Position numbers and translations under genes: made by a program. From a virus (Duplodnaviria > Caudoviricetes), in IMG/VR virus record IMGVR_UViG_3300032296_000732, positions 1-63,665 of that record: a stretch of 63,665 nucleotides of DNA. One strand, written 5' to 3'. Shown here one piece after another: positions 60,586 through 63,665 of the stretch. The notes below the pieces were generated by a model, which saw nothing but the letters and a program-made list of their open reading frames with translations, searched no databases and was not told the DNA's origin. How positions within the stretch are numbered: the first letter of the stretch is position 1; each line of letters opens with the position of its first letter.

Positions 60586-61272
60586 ATGTCTGTACATCGC
60601 AAGTTAATGGCGGCGCGGGTCCGTCTTTTGGATACCGAACTGAAGAAGTCGGGCTTGAATAAGTTTGCTGGATACAGCTACTTTGAGCTTGGCGACTTTG
60701 TGCCAGCCATACAACAAATCTTTCACGAAGCGGGCCTGTGCGGCGTGGTGTCGTACAGCATTGAGTACGCCACCCTGACCATCACGGATACAGAGGACGG
60801 CACGGTCATTGTGATTACATCTCCAATGGCAGATGCAAACCTCAAAGGCGCACACCCCATACAGAATCTTGGCGCGGTTGAATCTTATCAACGCCGTTAC
60901 CTGTGGATGACCGCAATGGAAATCGTGGAGCACGATGCGATTGATTCATCTGACTCTGCCCCCAAGAAAGCTGAGGCTCCTGCTGCGCCACCTGCCCAAC
61001 CTCGGCCACCCGCTGTGATAGTTGGCAAAGATGGAGAGTTTCAGATGAAGATTGAGCTGATGCCAAAGGGGTCTCTACAAGACTGGCTTGCCATCATCAA
61101 CGATTCGGTTGAGCTGCTGATTGGTCAAACGCATTCACAGAAAGATGTGAAGCAAATATTTTTAAGGAACAAGCAATTATTCGAGGAGGTCAAGAAACAG
61201 GATATGGATTTTTTCAAACAACTCACAGCCAAACTTTCAGTAGCCCTTAAACAATTTCCGGAGGTAGCATGA
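60586..61272 (+). CDS. ERF-family ssDNA annealing protein
   Basis: KSGLNKFAGYSYFELGD...IQNLGAVESYQRRY. Confidence 0.85.
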   Translation: MSVHRKLMAARVRLLDTELKKSGLNKFAGYSYFELGDFVPAIQQIFHEAGLCGVVSYSIEYATLTITDTEDGTVIVITSPMADANLKGAHPIQNLGAVESYQRRYLWMTAMEIVEHDAIDSSDSAPKKAEAPAAPPAQPRPPAVIVGKDGEFQMKIELMPKGSLQDWLAIINDSVELLIGQTHSQKDVKQIFLRNKQLFEEVKKQDMDFFKQLTAKLSVALKQFPEVA

Positions 61273-61544
61273 GCTATACACCAAAACCAAACACTGGCAC
61301 CTTGTGGCCCAACGATTACAAAAAAGCTGAGAACCAGCCAGACAAGCGCGGCGATTTACTTTTAGACCGCGCTTTGCTCAAGCTGTTAATGAGCAAGACA
61401 AACGACGACCTGATCAAGATCACCATCTCTGGGTGGACGCGAGTAATTAACGGCAAGGATTGCCTGTCCATTGCGGCAGCTGAACCATACGTTAAGCCCG
61501 CATACAAGCCCGCGCCGGAAGATGATTCGGACGTGCCATTTTAG
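61269..61544 (+). CDS. putative ssDNA-binding protein
   Basis: GTLWPN..K...QPD.RG...ISGW; acidic DDSDVPF tail. Confidence 0.6.
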   Translation: MSYTPKPNTGTLWPNDYKKAENQPDKRGDLLLDRALLKLLMSKTNDDLIKITISGWTRVINGKDCLSIAAAEPYVKPAYKPAPEDDSDVPF

Positions 61545-61557
61545 AATGGCTGCCCTT

Positions 61558-61983
61558 ATGAAAACTCTACAGTTTGAGGCCGTGAAAATGGCCATGAAAC
61601 AAGATAAGGAGGGTTACGTGTTGACCCTCCGCATGCACCCTGACGAGGTGCCTGAAGACCTGCTGCGAGATTTTGTCGGGGCGCGGTATCAGTGTGTTCT
61701 TGTCAGGCTTGATGGGAACGACAGGCCCATGAATAAAGAGGCTGAGTATGCAGGCGACAGGCTTGTGCAGACATCGGGTGTTCTTTGCAGAGACCCTGAT
61801 TTCTGGAACTTCTTGTTTGAGTGTTCGCAGATTGCGGTGCCGTGTGAAAAAGATGCGACCGACTGGCTGCGCAGTCATCTGGGCGTGCAGACTCGCGCTG
61901 ACTTGCGCACCAACATCAATGCGCGTGAGCGTTTTAATTTATTGCACGAGGAGTTTATGACATGGAAGCGCGAAAAAAACTGA
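61558..61983 (+). CDS. hypothetical protein
   Basis: LCRDPDFW...LGVQTRADL. Confidence 0.65.
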   Translation: MKTLQFEAVKMAMKQDKEGYVLTLRMHPDEVPEDLLRDFVGARYQCVLVRLDGNDRPMNKEAEYAGDRLVQTSGVLCRDPDFWNFLFECSQIAVPCEKDATDWLRSHLGVQTRADLRTNINARERFNLLHEEFMTWKREKN

Positions 61984-62246
61984 TTCCGTACTCGGTGTAT
62001 TTGCCGCCAGAGTACTACGCAAAGATCAAGGAAGCGGCTAAAGACCGCAAGGCATCTGGCATTGTGCGTGACGCTATCTTGCTCATGCTTGATGGGGGTG
62101 ACGCCTACAAGAGTGGATACAACAAGGGCATCAAAGATGCGGCCCAAGTTGTCTACGAATGCAAAGAAGCTCAGATGGTTGCCATCAAGGGCCGGGACAT
62201 GGGCGCTGTTCTGACTGAGCAAATAGCCTTGTTGAAGATGGCGTGA
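61962..62246 (+). CDS. ribbon-helix-helix-like protein
   Basis: YSVYLPPEYYAKIK...ASGIVRDAI. Confidence 0.5.
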   Translation: MEARKKLIPYSVYLPPEYYAKIKEAAKDRKASGIVRDAILLMLDGGDAYKSGYNKGIKDAAQVVYECKEAQMVAIKGRDMGAVLTEQIALLKMA

Positions 62247-62296
62247 TCCATCGTTGACGGGAATACTTTTAAAAACTTGAAATTTGGAGAATTGAA

Positions 62297-62668
62297 ATGA
62301 GAAGCAAGACTAAGGAAATGTTGAATTACATGGCACAGCACCCTGAAAAAACGGTGTCTGAAATAGCGAAAGATTTGGGCTACCACTACCAGACTGTTTA
62401 CATGGTTAAACGTAACCACATGAAGAAGACGGAGCCGAAACTAATCATGGAATACGTTGCTCCAGAAAAAACAGACCCGGTGAATAGCCCTGCGCACTAC
62501 CTTGTTGGCGGCATTGAGACGATTGATTTTATTGAAGCCAAGCAGCTCAACTACAACCTTGGCAACGCTGTGAAATACATTGCTCGGTCAGGACACAAGG
62601 ACGACCGCAAGCAAGACATTGAAAAGGCCGTGTGGTATTTGAAGAGAGAAATCAGCCGAATGCTGTGA
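62297..62668 (+). CDS. HTH plus DUF3310 (T7 gp1.7/SaV-like) protein
   Basis: DPVNSPAHY..GGIETIDFI...GNAVKY..R.GHK...DIEKAVWYL. Confidence 0.8.
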   Translation: MRSKTKEMLNYMAQHPEKTVSEIAKDLGYHYQTVYMVKRNHMKKTEPKLIMEYVAPEKTDPVNSPAHYLVGGIETIDFIEAKQLNYNLGNAVKYIARSGHKDDRKQDIEKAVWYLKREISRML

Positions 62669-62704
62669 TCCTCATTTAACAATCTTAACAAAGGAGACGG
62701 TGAA

Positions 62705-62884
62705 ATGACTAAGACTGTGCCTTGGGTGCCTGTGGGCCACCCTAATTTCAAATGGACTAGCGGCGCTGATGTTCAAGCACTCTGGAGGAAGTACGGGTGG
62801 ACGCCGCCCAGTGAAAAGATCACGCCGCCGCCCGTGATCAAAAAGGAACCCGAGTGGGTAAACGTGGTGCGTCGGGTTAAATAA
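62705..62884 (+). CDS. hypothetical protein, 59 aa (not in ORF track)
   Basis: RBS AAGGAG; MTKTVPW...ADVQALWRKYGWTPPSE. Confidence 0.6.
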   Translation: MTKTVPWVPVGHPNFKWTSGADVQALWRKYGWTPPSEKITPPPVIKKEPEWVNVVRRVK

Positions 62885-62903
62885 ACGCCGTCAAGGAGAA
62901 CAC

Positions 62904-63128
62904 ATGAACGACGAAATGAAAAAGGCTTGGGCGGAGATCAGCAAGATGCTGGTTGAACCAACCCCGATAGAGCTTGACGTGTTCCTGCGCACATGGCAAA
63001 GGGCCATACAAGCGGAGCGTGAGGCAATTCGCAACATTGTTGAGGATGAGATCAAGCGCATCAAACCTACGTACTCCCCTACGGCGGACATCATTCTTCG
63101 CCGCATTTGCGAGAGGGGGCAAGCATGA
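62904..63128 (+). CDS. hypothetical protein
   Basis: RBS AAGGAG; ends RGQA. Confidence 0.65.
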   Translation: MNDEMKKAWAEISKMLVEPTPIELDVFLRTWQRAIQAEREAIRNIVEDEIKRIKPTYSPTADIILRRICERGQA

Positions 63129-63403
63129 AAAAAACTGAAATTGAACACATGTGGAAAGTAGCTAGTAACAACCCACACCACGATACAAATTGGCATGACC
63201 CAGTTGTTGTGGCCTTTGCCCAGTTGGTGGCAGCACACACGTTGATGAACATCGACCCATCCAAATTCATGTCGTACCAAGAAGCGTTTGAAGCGGGACG
63301 GGTTGCCGAGCGTAAGAATTTAAGCGCGGTACTACGGCAAATGCACGATGCGTATTCATTGGCAAGCGACCCGTCAGGTCTTAAGGTAAGGGGGCAAGCA
63401 TGA
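63125..63403 (+). CDS. hypothetical protein
   Basis: ATGA coupling; ends RGQA. Confidence 0.65.
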   Translation: MKKTEIEHMWKVASNNPHHDTNWHDPVVVAFAQLVAAHTLMNIDPSKFMSYQEAFEAGRVAERKNLSAVLRQMHDAYSLASDPSGLKVRGQA

Positions 63404-63540
63404 AAGCCATCATCGAATACATCAAGAAGTTGTTTACCCGTGTGCCCCCTGCGGTTACGGACGAGCATTGCCCCTACTGCCACGGCCTTGGCTATGACAG
63501 CAGCGGGTTCACCTGCTCATGTCTGAGGGAGAAGAAATGA
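63400..63540 (+). CDS. small Zn-finger protein, 46 aa (not in ORF track)
   Basis: CPYCHGLG...CSC; coupled at both ends. Confidence 0.55.
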   Translation: MKAIIEYIKKLFTRVPPAVTDEHCPYCHGLGYDSSGFTCSCLREKK

Positions 63541-63665
63541 CGCCACTCATAAAAGAAATGGTCAAGATGGTGTCTGTTGCAAACCTTGACCCAACGCAGA
63601 TGCAGTGGTTTGATGTGACTGGAGCCATCAAAGAGTACATTGGCTACGACCAACGCAAGTACCTG
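63537..63665 (+). CDS. partial phage hypothetical protein (N-terminus)
   Basis: MTPLIKEMVKMV... open to the window end. Confidence 0.6.
   Translation, partial: MTPLIKEMVKMVSVANLDPTQMQWFDVTGAIKEYIGYDQRKYL

Noticed and set aside
1-63665. Stop-codon reassignment
   Set aside because: Core genes are full length under the standard code and coding density is high

Overview
The window looks like a near-complete (~63.7 kb) dsDNA tailed-phage genome with a podovirus-type layout; from gene content I infer a freshwater phage with a proteobacterial host. The two window ends appear to be the N- and C-termini of one gene, so a small gap probably remains. Layout: (1) 1-5043, small + strand genes, an HNH-AP2 endonuclease and a PAPS-reductase-family gene; (2) 5040-5830, a dense structured non-coding region including a c4/CI-like antisense RNA; (3) ParB-like protein, SF2 helicase and Toprim primase; (4) 8967-13514, a - strand block of tiny early genes; (5) terS, terL, portal, GroES, scaffold, major capsid, head/tail genes, three 7-repeat beta-propeller paralogues, a glycosyltransferase-methyltransferase fusion, lysis genes, putative ejection proteins and a ~2900-aa polyvalent protein; (6) RusA, exonuclease, ERF and further small genes. 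I recognised no DNA polymerase, integrase, tRNA or CRISPR array. The standout is a terL intein (15465-16355) whose homing endonuclease (endonuclease VII type) is encoded as a separate gene in another reading frame inside the intein, with its own RBS. Also notable: a 19-bp palindrome-cored motif repeated genome-wide, even within CDSs; two free HNH genes that appear to have captured host-gene start sites; several pseudoknotted RNA candidates; and a GG-ending pentapeptide shared by many putative virion proteins. All calls come from motif recognition by eye; no searches were run.
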